From positions 127,801 to 191,800 of the forward strand of contig DEFH01000053.1 of assembly GCA_002350705.1 (NCBI GenBank): a stretch of 64,000 bases of DNA, in the 5' to 3' direction. Both the position numbers and the translations under genes were made by a program. Under the pieces are notes generated by a model. That model was given only the letters and a program-made list of their open reading frames with translations. It ran no database searches and was not told where the DNA came from. This stretch comes from Ruminococcaceae bacterium UBA2857 (GTDB lineage Bacteria; Bacillota; Clostridia; Oscillospirales; Acutalibacteraceae). Below are positions 17,957 through 26,859 of this stretch, piece after piece. Positions within the stretch are counted from its first letter, which is position 1, and each line of letters begins with the position of its first letter.

Positions 17957-18700
17957 TTATTTGGAATATTTCTTGGACTTGGAAGCAACCAGAGCTGTAC
18001 CGAGAGCAGCAGCACCGATGATAGCGAATACGGCTGCTGTTGCAGCAGAATCACCTGTGTTTACACCGGGAGCAGCGGACTGCTGAGAAGCCTGCTGAGA
18101 CTGCTGGGGAGCAACGGACTGCTGGGACTGCTGGGGAGCAACGGACTGCTGGGACTGCTGAGATTCCTGAGAAGGCTCTTCCGGTGTACCTGTCTTGGTA
18201 AGAACATAGTAAGAGAAGTGAGGAGCTTTGCAGGAAAGCTTGTTGCCGTCAGCATCAGCGAGTTTCACGAGACCGCTTGCTTCATCAAAGATATAAAGTG
18301 TCTCATAGGCAGTAGTAGTGGTTGTAACAGTCATGTCAACGCCTACACTGTTGAAAGATACGTTATTGCCGTCTTCATCGAGGAAGAAGATGTCGAGAAT
18401 TTCAGAAGTAGCGACATCCGGAAGAGCTGCGACAGCTGCTTCGATATCAACATTTGTGATAGTAGCGGCACCGAAAGTAAGAGCTTCACCGGCTGCGATA
18501 GCATCGGCAGGAACGTCTGCATCGATAGATACATCGTTGATGTCAACGTGGAAATGGGTAACTTTACCGAGTTCGACAACAACGGTATCTTTAGCTGTAG
18601 CATCGGTTACGCCGGGGGCAATCGCACTAACAGATACTGCAGAAGCAGAAACGGCAACGGCTGCTGCAAGAGCAGCTACCAAGCATTTTTTAGTGTTCAT
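17957..18700 (-). CDS. cell-surface protein with a Q/S-rich repeat linker and a C-terminal TGD/TM/basic sorting-like signal
   Basis: AGGAGG precedes the ATG at 18700. The signal peptide is 'MNTKKCLVAALAAAVAVSASAVSVSA' and the C-terminus is '...QQSAAPGVNTGDSAATAAVFAIIGAAALGTALVASKSKKYSK'. Confidence 0.6.
   Translation of the reverse strand: MNTKKCLVAALAAAVAVSASAVSVSAIAPGVTDATAKDTVVVELGKVTHFHVDINDVSIDADVPADAIAAGEALTFGAATITNVDIEAAVAALPDVATSEILDIFFLDEDGNNVSFNSVGVDMTVTTTTTAYETLYIFDEASGLVKLADADGNKLSCKAPHFSYYVLTKTGTPEEPSQESQQSQQSVAPQQSQQSVAPQQSQQASQQSAAPGVNTGDSAATAAVFAIIGAAALGTALVASKSKKYSK
18101..18154. repeat. perfect 27-nt tandem duplication inside the surface-protein gene
   Basis: CTGCTGGGGAGCAACGGACTGCTGGGA occurs twice back-to-back, with degenerate CTGCTG-type copies flanking. 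It encodes SQQSVAPQQ x2. Confidence 0.85.
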
Positions 18701-18873
18701 GATAAACATCCTCCTAAAATTAAATATAATGATTCTGAACAACCATATCATATCACAACCGTTACAAGTTTGTCAATAATTATATCGAAAAATGTACGTT
18801 TTTTTATTTGGTAAAGACAGGAAAAAAATAAATTTAGATATTTGTGATATGAAATCGAGAATGATTATTGTTT

Positions 18874-20037
18874 TTATAGAGACAGAAACTGACGAATTTC
18901 CTTGGAACCGTCGAAACGGAGCCATATATCATAGGGAACGGCACCGTGGGCGTTTTCAAACAGACCGTAATAGAAGTGGAAATAGGACAGTATCAGAATG
19001 ACGGTCAAAAAGCCGACAGCAAGGATTTTCTTTTGTTTGTCGGAGGTCAGTTCCATCGTTTTGCCGCCAAAGGATGCCTGAATTCCTTTGGCACAGAGGG
19101 AACGGTAAATGACAGGCACCAGCAGAATCAGAAAGATGACAAAGTAATAGGAAAGTCTTTCAATAATGCTGTGTTTGGACATGGTGACCATTAAAATCGT
19201 ACAAATCAGAGAAAGATTGATAAGATACTTGTTTTCGTTTGTGACGTTGAGGGTTCCCCATTTCACAAGGAGAAATGCCGCCGCTGTCACGGCAAGCGGA
19301 ACGATGGCATAAACGAAAGACAAACCTTCTTTGATGAAAACCGTGTTGCTGTATTCCTCATGGTAAAAGGTTGTCAGAATATTGATAAAGCCCTCGGATG
19401 CCATGTAGAACCACAGAATCAAATAACCGTATACAATCAGTTCTTTGAGTTTGGGCTGCATTTTAATCAGGAAGTAAACAGGCAGCATGACCAGAACGGT
19501 CTGATGGAAAAGAGATGCGAACAGAATGGTCACTGCAAAGGCAATGAATTTATTTTTTTTGATGAACAGCCATGCCAGCATGACAAAGGAAACCGCAATC
19601 ATCTGACGCAGGAAGTTGAATTCCATAAAGAAAATAAACAGATTGATATAAAGAATCGTAGAAATCCAGGGGGTTTCGGAATTTCTTGCAATGAAGACAG
19701 CCGCAGGAATAATGGCAAGGAAACTCAGAAAACCAATATACCAGATATAGCTTGGCAGTATCAGTCCCAGCACCTTTGTCAGCAGGACAAAGCCGATTTC
19801 CCAGTCTTTGTAAGTCAGGCTGCTGAAACCCTCGGCGGAGATCTGCTGAAATCCTACCGCATACATATTGTAGTCATAGCCGATCTGATTTCGCAGCACC
19901 ATGACCAGCAGCAGTTGTGTAAAGGCAATGCAGACAAAAACAATATTTTTGGTTTTGGAGGGCTTTTTAAAACAGAACAGCCACGCCCACAGCCATAAAA
20001 GCAAATGATTCAAAGTATAAAACAGCAACAAAAACAA
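18874..20037 (-). CDS. EpsG-like polytopic membrane protein (putative Wzy-type polysaccharide polymerase)
   Basis: A 387-aa protein with about 10 or more TM helices and an EpsG-like N-terminal pattern ('GYDYNMYAVGF'). The start codon is uncertain, as only TTG codons lie next to AGGAG. Confidence 0.55.
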   Translation of the reverse strand: MFLLLFYTLNHLLLWLWAWLFCFKKPSKTKNIVFVCIAFTQLLLVMVLRNQIGYDYNMYAVGFQQISAEGFSSLTYKDWEIGFVLLTKVLGLILPSYIWYIGFLSFLAIIPAAVFIARNSETPWISTILYINLFIFFMEFNFLRQMIAVSFVMLAWLFIKKNKFIAFAVTILFASLFHQTVLVMLPVYFLIKMQPKLKELIVYGYLILWFYMASEGFINILTTFYHEEYSNTVFIKEGLSFVYAIVPLAVTAAAFLLVKWGTLNVTNENKYLINLSLICTILMVTMSKHSIIERLSYYFVIFLILLVPVIYRSLCAKGIQASFGGKTMELTSDKQKKILAVGFLTVILILSYFHFYYGLFENAHGAVPYDIWLRFDGSKEIRQFLSL

Positions 20038-20054
20038 CTCCTGTCAAAACAAAT

Positions 20055-21482
20055 CTAACGGGCATTTTTGGAAAAAATGCCTTTGGTGAGAGTCTTCAGC
20101 AAAATTTTGATGTCAAAGCCGACAGACCAGTTTTCAATGTAATATAAATCATATCGGATACGTTCTTCAATAGAGGTATCACCTCCACGCAGGTCGTTGA
20201 CCTGTGCCCAGCCGGTAATGCCGGGTTTGACATAATGTTTGACCATATAGGAAGGAATGGATTTCCGGAAATGCTCCACATAGTACGGAATTTCCGGACG
20301 GGGACCGACAAGACTCATATCGCCTTTCAGGACATTGAAAAGCTGCGGCAGTTCGTCGATACTGAATTTTCGGATAAAGGCTCCGAAACGGGTACAGCGT
20401 TCATCATTTTTTTCTGTCATGGAAAGATCTCCCTCTGTTTCGACTCTCATGGAACGGAATTTGTACATGGTAAAGGGACGGTTGGACATTCCCACACGTT
20501 CCTGCTTGAAGATGACACTTCCGGGAGAGGTAATTTTGATAATCACTGCGGTGATCAGCATGAGAGGCGACAGAAAAATCAACATCAAAAAGGAAATAAC
20601 AATGTCCAGTATCCGTTTGATGAATTTGTTGAATGTATTTTCAAGCGGCACGTTCCGTATGCTCAGCAGAGGAAGTCCGTCAAAGCTCGAAATATAGATT
20701 CTGGAAGAAAAACTTGCAAACATATTGGGCAGGATGGAAAATTTAATCCCCCAGTTTTCACATATCGCCATCAGATGGTCTAATGAAGGCTGGAGCTTGT
20801 CGGAAAGCATAATCACAGCTTCATCAGGCGGAGCTGTTTTAAAGAAAGAAGAAATCTTTTTGAAATTGCCCAGATAGGGAATTTTCAGTTGTGAGTGAGG
20901 AGCAGCGGCAAAATATCCCGAAAGTTCAAAGCCCAAATCAGGCGAAGTCTGTACTTTGTCGACGAAATTTTCCGTACAGTTATTGACACCGATAATGGCA
21001 ATATATTTTTTATTGTAGCCCCGGCTTCTCATGTACTTGAGGATACTTCTCAGCACGGCACGGTAAAACAGTGAAATGAACGTATTGATAAAATAATAAA
21101 TAATAATGATGATCTGAAATTGAAAAAGCCTTGCCGTAACAATCGCAATGAAGATTTGTGCAATGCAAAGCACGATCCCCGATTTGAGCACATTGGAAGC
21201 CTCTTCCAAAAAGCTGGTGGAACGATAGGAACGATACAGATCATACGCTCTGTTAAACAATATCTGACATACTGCTACCGCAGCGAGTACGGAAACAATG
21301 ATTCCAATGTCATAGCCGTATTCATACAGCAGATCATTTCCGAAAATATACTTATAAGCAAAATACGAGGCAGTACAGCTTGAAAAACTGATAAAAATAT
21401 CCATTGTCACATGGACAGCGTTGAGTTTTCCTTGATTTTGCTTGATCAATTCACTTTCACCTGCCTTTTCATGCGTACACAT
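20055..21482 (-). CDS. undecaprenyl-phosphate hexose-1-phosphate transferase (bacterial sugar transferase, WcaJ/EpsL-like priming enzyme)
   Basis: The C-terminal 'KRILDIVISFLMLIFLSPLMLI...KQERVG...FTMYKFRSM...FIRKFSIDELPQLFNVLKGDMSLVGPRPE' is the polyprenyl glycosylphosphotransferase signature. Confidence 0.85.
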   Translation of the reverse strand: MCTHEKAGESELIKQNQGKLNAVHVTMDIFISFSSCTASYFAYKYIFGNDLLYEYGYDIGIIVSVLAAVAVCQILFNRAYDLYRSYRSTSFLEEASNVLKSGIVLCIAQIFIAIVTARLFQFQIIIIIYYFINTFISLFYRAVLRSILKYMRSRGYNKKYIAIIGVNNCTENFVDKVQTSPDLGFELSGYFAAAPHSQLKIPYLGNFKKISSFFKTAPPDEAVIMLSDKLQPSLDHLMAICENWGIKFSILPNMFASFSSRIYISSFDGLPLLSIRNVPLENTFNKFIKRILDIVISFLMLIFLSPLMLITAVIIKITSPGSVIFKQERVGMSNRPFTMYKFRSMRVETEGDLSMTEKNDERCTRFGAFIRKFSIDELPQLFNVLKGDMSLVGPRPEIPYYVEHFRKSIPSYMVKHYVKPGITGWAQVNDLRGGDTSIEERIRYDLYYIENWSVGFDIKILLKTLTKGIFSKNAR

Positions 21483-21637
21483 TCTTATTTTAATATATCA
21501 AATTATGATAGTCAACCCTTTTTCACGACAGAGAACAGGCAATTTTTTTGTCATAAATTATGTTAAAAAATATGATAGACAAGATTGCTTGATAATGTTA
21601 TAATGAATTTGTATTATAAACTACGGGAGTTGGAAAG

Positions 21638-22417
21638 ATGTTCACAAAAGGTATCAATGAATTTATGTATTATGTTCCTTTCCTGAAAGAGATTATCAAA
21701 AGGGACTTTAAAAAGAAATATTATAAATCCGTTCTGGGTGTCGCATGGTCCATGCTTAGTCCTCTGCTGATGATGGTGGTCATTACGATTATTTTTTCAA
21801 CGCTTTTTAAGAGAGAGATTCCCTATTATCCGTCTTATTGGCTGGGAGGAAACCTGTTGTTTGCGTTTGCTATGGACGGCACCAACAGTGCGATGAACAG
21901 TATGGTCAACAATGCCTCCATGATTAAAAAAATGAAGATTCCGAATTATTTTTTCTGTATTTCCGGTGTTACACAGCATTTTATTACGGTCATTTTTTCA
22001 CTTGTACCATATTTTGTCGTGTCAATGCTGATTGGTGTACCGCTGAGCTGGAAAATGCTGTTGATTTTCTTTCCGATTATACTGGTATATATCTTCACGC
22101 TGGGACTGGGAATGTTCCTTTGTGCCTACGGTACATTTCTGAGAGACCTCAATTATCTGTATCACATTGTAAGAAGAGTCTGGCTGTATGTGACACCGAT
22201 TTTTTATCCGATTGACATTATCCCGGAACAGTTCCGCTTTTTGTTTGAGCTGAATCCTATTTATGTGTATATTTCCATTTTCCGTGATTTTGCACTCAAT
22301 GATACCATGCCTTCGGAGAGAATGATTATTGTTGCTACTTTTTACAGTATCCTGACGCTGATTCTGGGCATTACGACATTCAGGGAAAAGGAAGACCGTT
22401 TCTTCCTGTATATATGA
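21638..22417 (+). CDS. ABC-2 type polysaccharide/teichoic-acid export permease (TagG/Wzm-like)
   Basis: A 259-aa, 6-TM protein with an N-terminal 'FKKKYYKSVLGVAWSMLSPLLMM' motif typical of TagG/Wzm. It is followed by the cognate ATPase. Confidence 0.8.
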   Translation: MFTKGINEFMYYVPFLKEIIKRDFKKKYYKSVLGVAWSMLSPLLMMVVITIIFSTLFKREIPYYPSYWLGGNLLFAFAMDGTNSAMNSMVNNASMIKKMKIPNYFFCISGVTQHFITVIFSLVPYFVVSMLIGVPLSWKMLLIFFPIILVYIFTLGLGMFLCAYGTFLRDLNYLYHIVRRVWLYVTPIFYPIDIIPEQFRFLFELNPIYVYISIFRDFALNDTMPSERMIIVATFYSILTLILGITTFREKEDRFFLYI

Positions 22418-22426
22418 GGTGAAAAA

Positions 22427-23251
22427 ATGATGATAGATATTTCAAGGGAAGCGGTAGAAATTGTCAATCCTGTGATTAACAGGAGTCTGAGAACGGATGA
22501 TTTGGATGATGAGGAAATTTGTATTGATGTACGCAACGTGTCCGTACTGTTCAATCTCAGCAAAAACCGTGAAGACGGTCTGAAAGAATATTTTATTAAC
22601 AGAATTAAGGGCAAAGTGGGCTATGATGAATTCTGGGCACTGCGAAATATCAGCCTTCAGGTGCATAAAGGAGATGCCCTGGCTTTTATCGGACGCAACG
22701 GCTCAGGCAAATCCACTCTGCTGAAAACCATTGCAGGCATTATCAAGCCCACACGAGGCAGCATTACAGTCAACGGCACAATTGCACCGTTGATTGAAAT
22801 CAGCGGCGGTTTTGACCGTTCTCTTTCGGCAAGGGAAAATATCTTTCTTGTGGGAGCCATGCACGGACACACCAAAAAATATATGAAAAAGCGTTTTGAT
22901 GAAATTGTGGAATTTGCCGAAATACAGCGTTTTGTAGATGTGCCGATGAAAAACTATTCTTCGGGTATGGTGGCAAGACTGGGATTCGCACTGGCAACCT
23001 GTGTCAATGCAGATATTATCATTGCAGATGAAGTCCTGTCTGTCGGTGATGCCAAATTCCGCATGAAGTGTGAGGAACGTATTCAGCAAATGCTGAAAGC
23101 AGGAACCACGATTTTATATGTATCGCACAGTGCCGCACAGGTGAAAAAAATCTGCCGTACAGCGGTATGGCTTGACAAGGGACAAATTATTGATACGGGT
23201 ACGGCTGCGGAAATCAGTGATAAATATATGCAGTCTCTGAAAAAGGAATGA
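22427..23251 (+). CDS. ABC transporter ATP-binding protein (TagH/Wzt-like)
   Basis: Walker A 'GRNGSGKSTLL', signature 'YSSGMVARL', Walker B 'IIIADEVLSVGD'. Confidence 0.85.
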   Translation: MMIDISREAVEIVNPVINRSLRTDDLDDEEICIDVRNVSVLFNLSKNREDGLKEYFINRIKGKVGYDEFWALRNISLQVHKGDALAFIGRNGSGKSTLLKTIAGIIKPTRGSITVNGTIAPLIEISGGFDRSLSARENIFLVGAMHGHTKKYMKKRFDEIVEFAEIQRFVDVPMKNYSSGMVARLGFALATCVNADIIIADEVLSVGDAKFRMKCEERIQQMLKAGTTILYVSHSAAQVKKICRTAVWLDKGQIIDTGTAAEISDKYMQSLKKE

Positions 23252-23257
23252 TATAGT

Positions 23258-24364
23258 TTGAAAAAAATCCTGATTTGTGCATCGAGAGTGTCGCATATCC
23301 TGAATTTTCACCTGCCCTACATACAGTATTTTAAGAATAGGGGATATATCGTGGATATTGCCGTGCAGGGTATGACCGATCACCCGTTGATTGACCACTG
23401 CTATGATATGCGGTTTACCAAAAATCCTCTGTCGCCTGACAATCTCAGAACCATCCGTCAGCTCAGACAACTGATTGTTGTCAACGGATATGATATGATG
23501 TATTCCAATTCCACGCTTGCGGGAGCAGCAGCAAGGCTGGCTGTCAAGGGAATGAAACAGAGACCGTATTGTATACATATCTCACATGGGTATATGTTCA
23601 AAGAGCATGGCGGTTTAAAATCCCGTGTCTATTTGTATGCGGAAAAGCTGACAAAAAATGTTACGGATGATTTAATTGTGATGAATCGGGAAGATTGGAC
23701 ACTTGCCCGGAAATATCAGCTGGGAAAGAAGATACATTATATATATGGCATGGGATTGGATGAAGAAAAATTTCCTGTCATCTCACAGAAAGAAAAAAAA
23801 CGTATCCGACACTCTATGAATATTTCCGACAGTGACAAAATGCTCCTGTGTGTGGGAGAATTTTCCGACAGAAAAAATCAGACTGCCATTATTACAGCTT
23901 TGAATGATTTGGTGAAAATACATAAAAATATTATGCTGGTGCTGGCAGGAGAGGGAAACACGCTGGAAAGCTGCCGACAGCTTGTACATGAATATGAATT
24001 GGACAGATATGTTCGTTTTCGGGGACAGGTGCAGGACACAGCACCGCTTTACAGGTGCAGTGATTTGCTTGTTACAGCCGCAAAAATGGAAGGCTTGCCG
24101 TTCAATGTCATGGAAGCATTGTACTGTGGGGTGCCTGTTGTGGCAAGCTCCGTCAAAGGTCATGCCGACCTGATACGCAATGGCGAAAACGGCTTGCTGA
24201 CAGATCATCTTTTGCAGTCGCTTGACAGAATTCTGTCAGACAGTGCCTTGTATGAAAAACTGAAAGCCAATGCCTTTCTTGACGAAAAATATCTGCTGAA
24301 AAACGCTCAGCCTGCACTTTTGAAAATACTTGACAGGGAATACAGGGAGGAGATCACCGTATGA
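23258..24364 (+). CDS. glycosyltransferase family 4 (GT-B, group 1)
   Basis: It has a TTG start. The C-terminal 'MEGLPFNVMEALYCGVPVVAS...GENGLL' contains the E-x7-E type GT4 motif. Confidence 0.8.
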   Translation: MKKILICASRVSHILNFHLPYIQYFKNRGYIVDIAVQGMTDHPLIDHCYDMRFTKNPLSPDNLRTIRQLRQLIVVNGYDMMYSNSTLAGAAARLAVKGMKQRPYCIHISHGYMFKEHGGLKSRVYLYAEKLTKNVTDDLIVMNREDWTLARKYQLGKKIHYIYGMGLDEEKFPVISQKEKKRIRHSMNISDSDKMLLCVGEFSDRKNQTAIITALNDLVKIHKNIMLVLAGEGNTLESCRQLVHEYELDRYVRFRGQVQDTAPLYRCSDLLVTAAKMEGLPFNVMEALYCGVPVVASSVKGHADLIRNGENGLLTDHLLQSLDRILSDSALYEKLKANAFLDEKYLLKNAQPALLKILDREYREEITV

Positions 24365-25629
24365 AAAAACAGCTCATCTGCATGGTTTTGATATTGGCAG
24401 CCGTTTGCTGTATGTTTGGTATCTGTGCCCATGCGGAAGAAGATCGGCTCACCATGAATATGGAAACCGTCAATCTTTATATAAACCAAAGCTATCAGCT
24501 CTGGGCAACGGGAACTACAGAAGAAGTTCTGTTTCACTCGGAAAATACCAAAATTGCCGAAGTCAGCGGTGACGGAGTCGTGACAGCTAAGGCTCTCGGC
24601 ACCACAAAAATTATTGTACAGACCGATTCGGGAATGACAGCAGAGTGTACCGTCAATGTTCTCAACGGTGTTTCTCCGAAAGAACTGATACTCAATACAC
24701 AGGATATTACGCTCAAAGAGGGAGAAAGCTACACTCTCAAAGCGGAAATCAAACCTGCCGAAGCAAGTCAGACAATGACTTTTACAAGCTCCGACAATGC
24801 CGTGGTACGGGTGGACAAGAACGGCTATATGAAAGCCCTCAAAGCGGGTGTGGCTGTCATTACCGTGACAACCTCCAGTGATGCCGTTTCCAAAAAGTGC
24901 ATTGTCAAAGTCAATGCCGATACAGAAACCGAACAAACAGCCGTTACGGTCAAAGGTTCTCTATACAGCATTACAGGCGAAAAAAAAACGCAGATGTTTG
25001 TGGAACTCCGCAATTCAAGCGGATTCAAGCGTGTGGAAACAGATGAAAACGGTATGTTTTCCGTTCAGAAAGTCAGGCAGGGAGATTATGCTTTGCTCGT
25101 GTACAAGGGCGAAAAGGATGTCAACCCCGTTTCCAAAGCACAGATTTCCGTTGGCATCTATCATCTGAATATTTCCTGTATTATGAACGGCAGTGAACTG
25201 GTTGTTTTGTATCAGAAAAACAATACCGATTCGGAAATCAAGGAATTGATTCTCACTTCCAAAGAAGTGTCCCTGCATAAAGGGGAAACTTATGATATGA
25301 ATTACTATGCACGTCCGTCAGGTGCGGTACTTCCCACCGTGATGGGCGTATCCCAGGATGAAACCATTGCAGCGGTAGATGCCGACGGACGTATTACAGC
25401 CCTTTCCGAGGGAAAAACAAGCATTACTTTTTCTACGCTGGACGGCAGACTCTCTCAGACGTGTCAGGTAGTTGTATCGGATTCCGACGGCAACCGATAC
25501 AGCGGAGTGATAATTGCTGTGGAAAGTATACTGTTACTGGTGTTTGTGGGAGGGTTTCTGATTCGCTATCGCAAATTTATGAAACGCAGGGAAAAAGAAG
25601 AATTTGGTTTTGATGAAGGAGATGAATGA
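24361..25629 (+). CDS. Big_2-domain protein with a signal peptide and a C-terminal TM anchor
   Basis: The signal peptide is 'MKKQLICMVLILAAVCCMFGICAHA'. There are three Big_2-like modules ('VTAKALGTTKIIV', 'MKALKAGVAVITV', 'ITALSEGKTSITF'). The C-terminus is 'GVIIAVESILLLVFVGGFLIRYRKF'. The start overlaps the GT4 stop. Confidence 0.6.
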   Translation: MKKQLICMVLILAAVCCMFGICAHAEEDRLTMNMETVNLYINQSYQLWATGTTEEVLFHSENTKIAEVSGDGVVTAKALGTTKIIVQTDSGMTAECTVNVLNGVSPKELILNTQDITLKEGESYTLKAEIKPAEASQTMTFTSSDNAVVRVDKNGYMKALKAGVAVITVTTSSDAVSKKCIVKVNADTETEQTAVTVKGSLYSITGEKKTQMFVELRNSSGFKRVETDENGMFSVQKVRQGDYALLVYKGEKDVNPVSKAQISVGIYHLNISCIMNGSELVVLYQKNNTDSEIKELILTSKEVSLHKGETYDMNYYARPSGAVLPTVMGVSQDETIAAVDADGRITALSEGKTSITFSTLDGRLSQTCQVVVSDSDGNRYSGVIIAVESILLLVFVGGFLIRYRKFMKRREKEEFGFDEGDE

Positions 25630-25630
25630 C

Positions 25631-26329
25631 ATGATTCTTGCAGGAATCGTGGCAGGCGGAACAGGCTCCCGTATGGGAAACAGTGAACTGCCAAAACAGT
25701 TTTTGGAGCTTGCGGATAAGCCTGTATGGATTTATACGACCGAAAAGTTTGTGCCATATACCGATTTTATCATCATTGGCATGAATCCCGACTGGCTGGA
25801 ATATGCACAGGCACAGAGACAAAAATATTTCCCCGACAGTGCCCCAATCGCAGTAATTGCGGGGGGTTCGGACAGGAATGAAACTGTCGGCAATATGATC
25901 GCTTTTGCACAACAGAATCTGCATTGTCAAAACAACGATATTATTTTAACACATGACGCTGTCAGACCGTTTGTGACAGAAAAAATGATACGGGACAGTC
26001 TTTCTCTCATTGAACAGTGTGATATTTGTACGACAGCTATTCCTGCCACAGATACGATTGCCGTATCACATGACGGCAGTTGTGCCGACAGTTTCCCCGA
26101 CCGTTCCGAAATGTTTCTGGTGCAGACTCCTCAGACATTCCGTATCGGTGATTTCAGCCGGATTTATGATACTCTTTCCGACGACGAAAAAAAAAGTGCG
26201 ACAGATGTGTGCCGTCTGTTTCAGTCCAGAGGAAAAAAGGTCATGCTTACACAGGGAAGTCCCTCCAATATCAAACTGACCTATCCGCAGGACTATCAGA
26301 CAGCTCAACTGATCGCAAAATCTTTTTAA
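25631..26329 (+). CDS. IspD/TarI family cytidylyltransferase (the context suggests an alditol-phosphate or sugar-phosphate cytidylyltransferase)
   Basis: 'ILAGIVAGGTGSRMGNSELPKQFL' is the IspD/TarI nucleotide-binding motif. ATG 25631 sits 9 nt after GAAGGAG. Confidence 0.8.
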   Translation: MILAGIVAGGTGSRMGNSELPKQFLELADKPVWIYTTEKFVPYTDFIIIGMNPDWLEYAQAQRQKYFPDSAPIAVIAGGSDRNETVGNMIAFAQQNLHCQNNDIILTHDAVRPFVTEKMIRDSLSLIEQCDICTTAIPATDTIAVSHDGSCADSFPDRSEMFLVQTPQTFRIGDFSRIYDTLSDDEKKSATDVCRLFQSRGKKVMLTQGSPSNIKLTYPQDYQTAQLIAKSF

Positions 26330-26338
26330 TACTTCCCA

Positions 26339-26380
26339 AGCCGGTAAAACTTGTATGGAATAACAAGTTTTACCGGCTTT
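26339..26380 (+). terminator. terminator hairpin after the glycan locus
   Basis: A 16-bp perfect stem (AGCCGGTAAAACTTGT / ACAAGTTTTACCGGCT) with a short T tract. Confidence 0.6.
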
Positions 26381-26507
26381 CGTGATATGAAACAAGAATC
26401 ATGAATAATATTTTAATATTATTTTTCAGACGTTGATTTTTGTTGAAAAATATGGTTTAATATAAACGGCATATTTTTTATTATCAGAAATCAGGGGAGG
26501 GAAATGT

Positions 26508-26819
26508 ATGGCGAGTGAGCTTATCAAGGCAGTGTTGGAGGCTGAGGAGGAATGCAGAAAAAAAGAATCCGAGGCAAAAAAACAGGCTGAGATAAAAAAG
26601 CAGAATGCACAGCAAAAGGCTAAGGAAATTGTCGCTGATGCCGAAAAACAGGTGGAAAAAATGCTCAAGGATGACTACCGTGCCATTTCGGGCAGCAGTG
26701 AAAGGCAGTTGGAAAAGGAAAAGGCAAAAACTCAAAAAGAATGTGATGAGCTTTCTGAAAAAGCCGCTAAAAATCTCGACAGAGTGACCAGGCTTGTGAT
26801 AGAAATGCTGACATCATAA
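26508..26819 (+). CDS. V-type ATPase peripheral-stalk subunit (G/H-like coiled coil, in the position of E. hirae NtpF)
   Basis: A 103-aa Lys/Glu/Ala-rich coiled coil ('LEAEEECRKKESEAKKQAEIKKQNAQQKAKE') and the first gene of the V-ATPase operon. GGGGAGGG lies upstream. Confidence 0.6.
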   Translation: MASELIKAVLEAEEECRKKESEAKKQAEIKKQNAQQKAKEIVADAEKQVEKMLKDDYRAISGSSERQLEKEKAKTQKECDELSEKAAKNLDRVTRLVIEMLTS

Positions 26820-26859
26820 AACAGCAAAAATCAATGAAATAAAGTGTGGTGATTACGAT

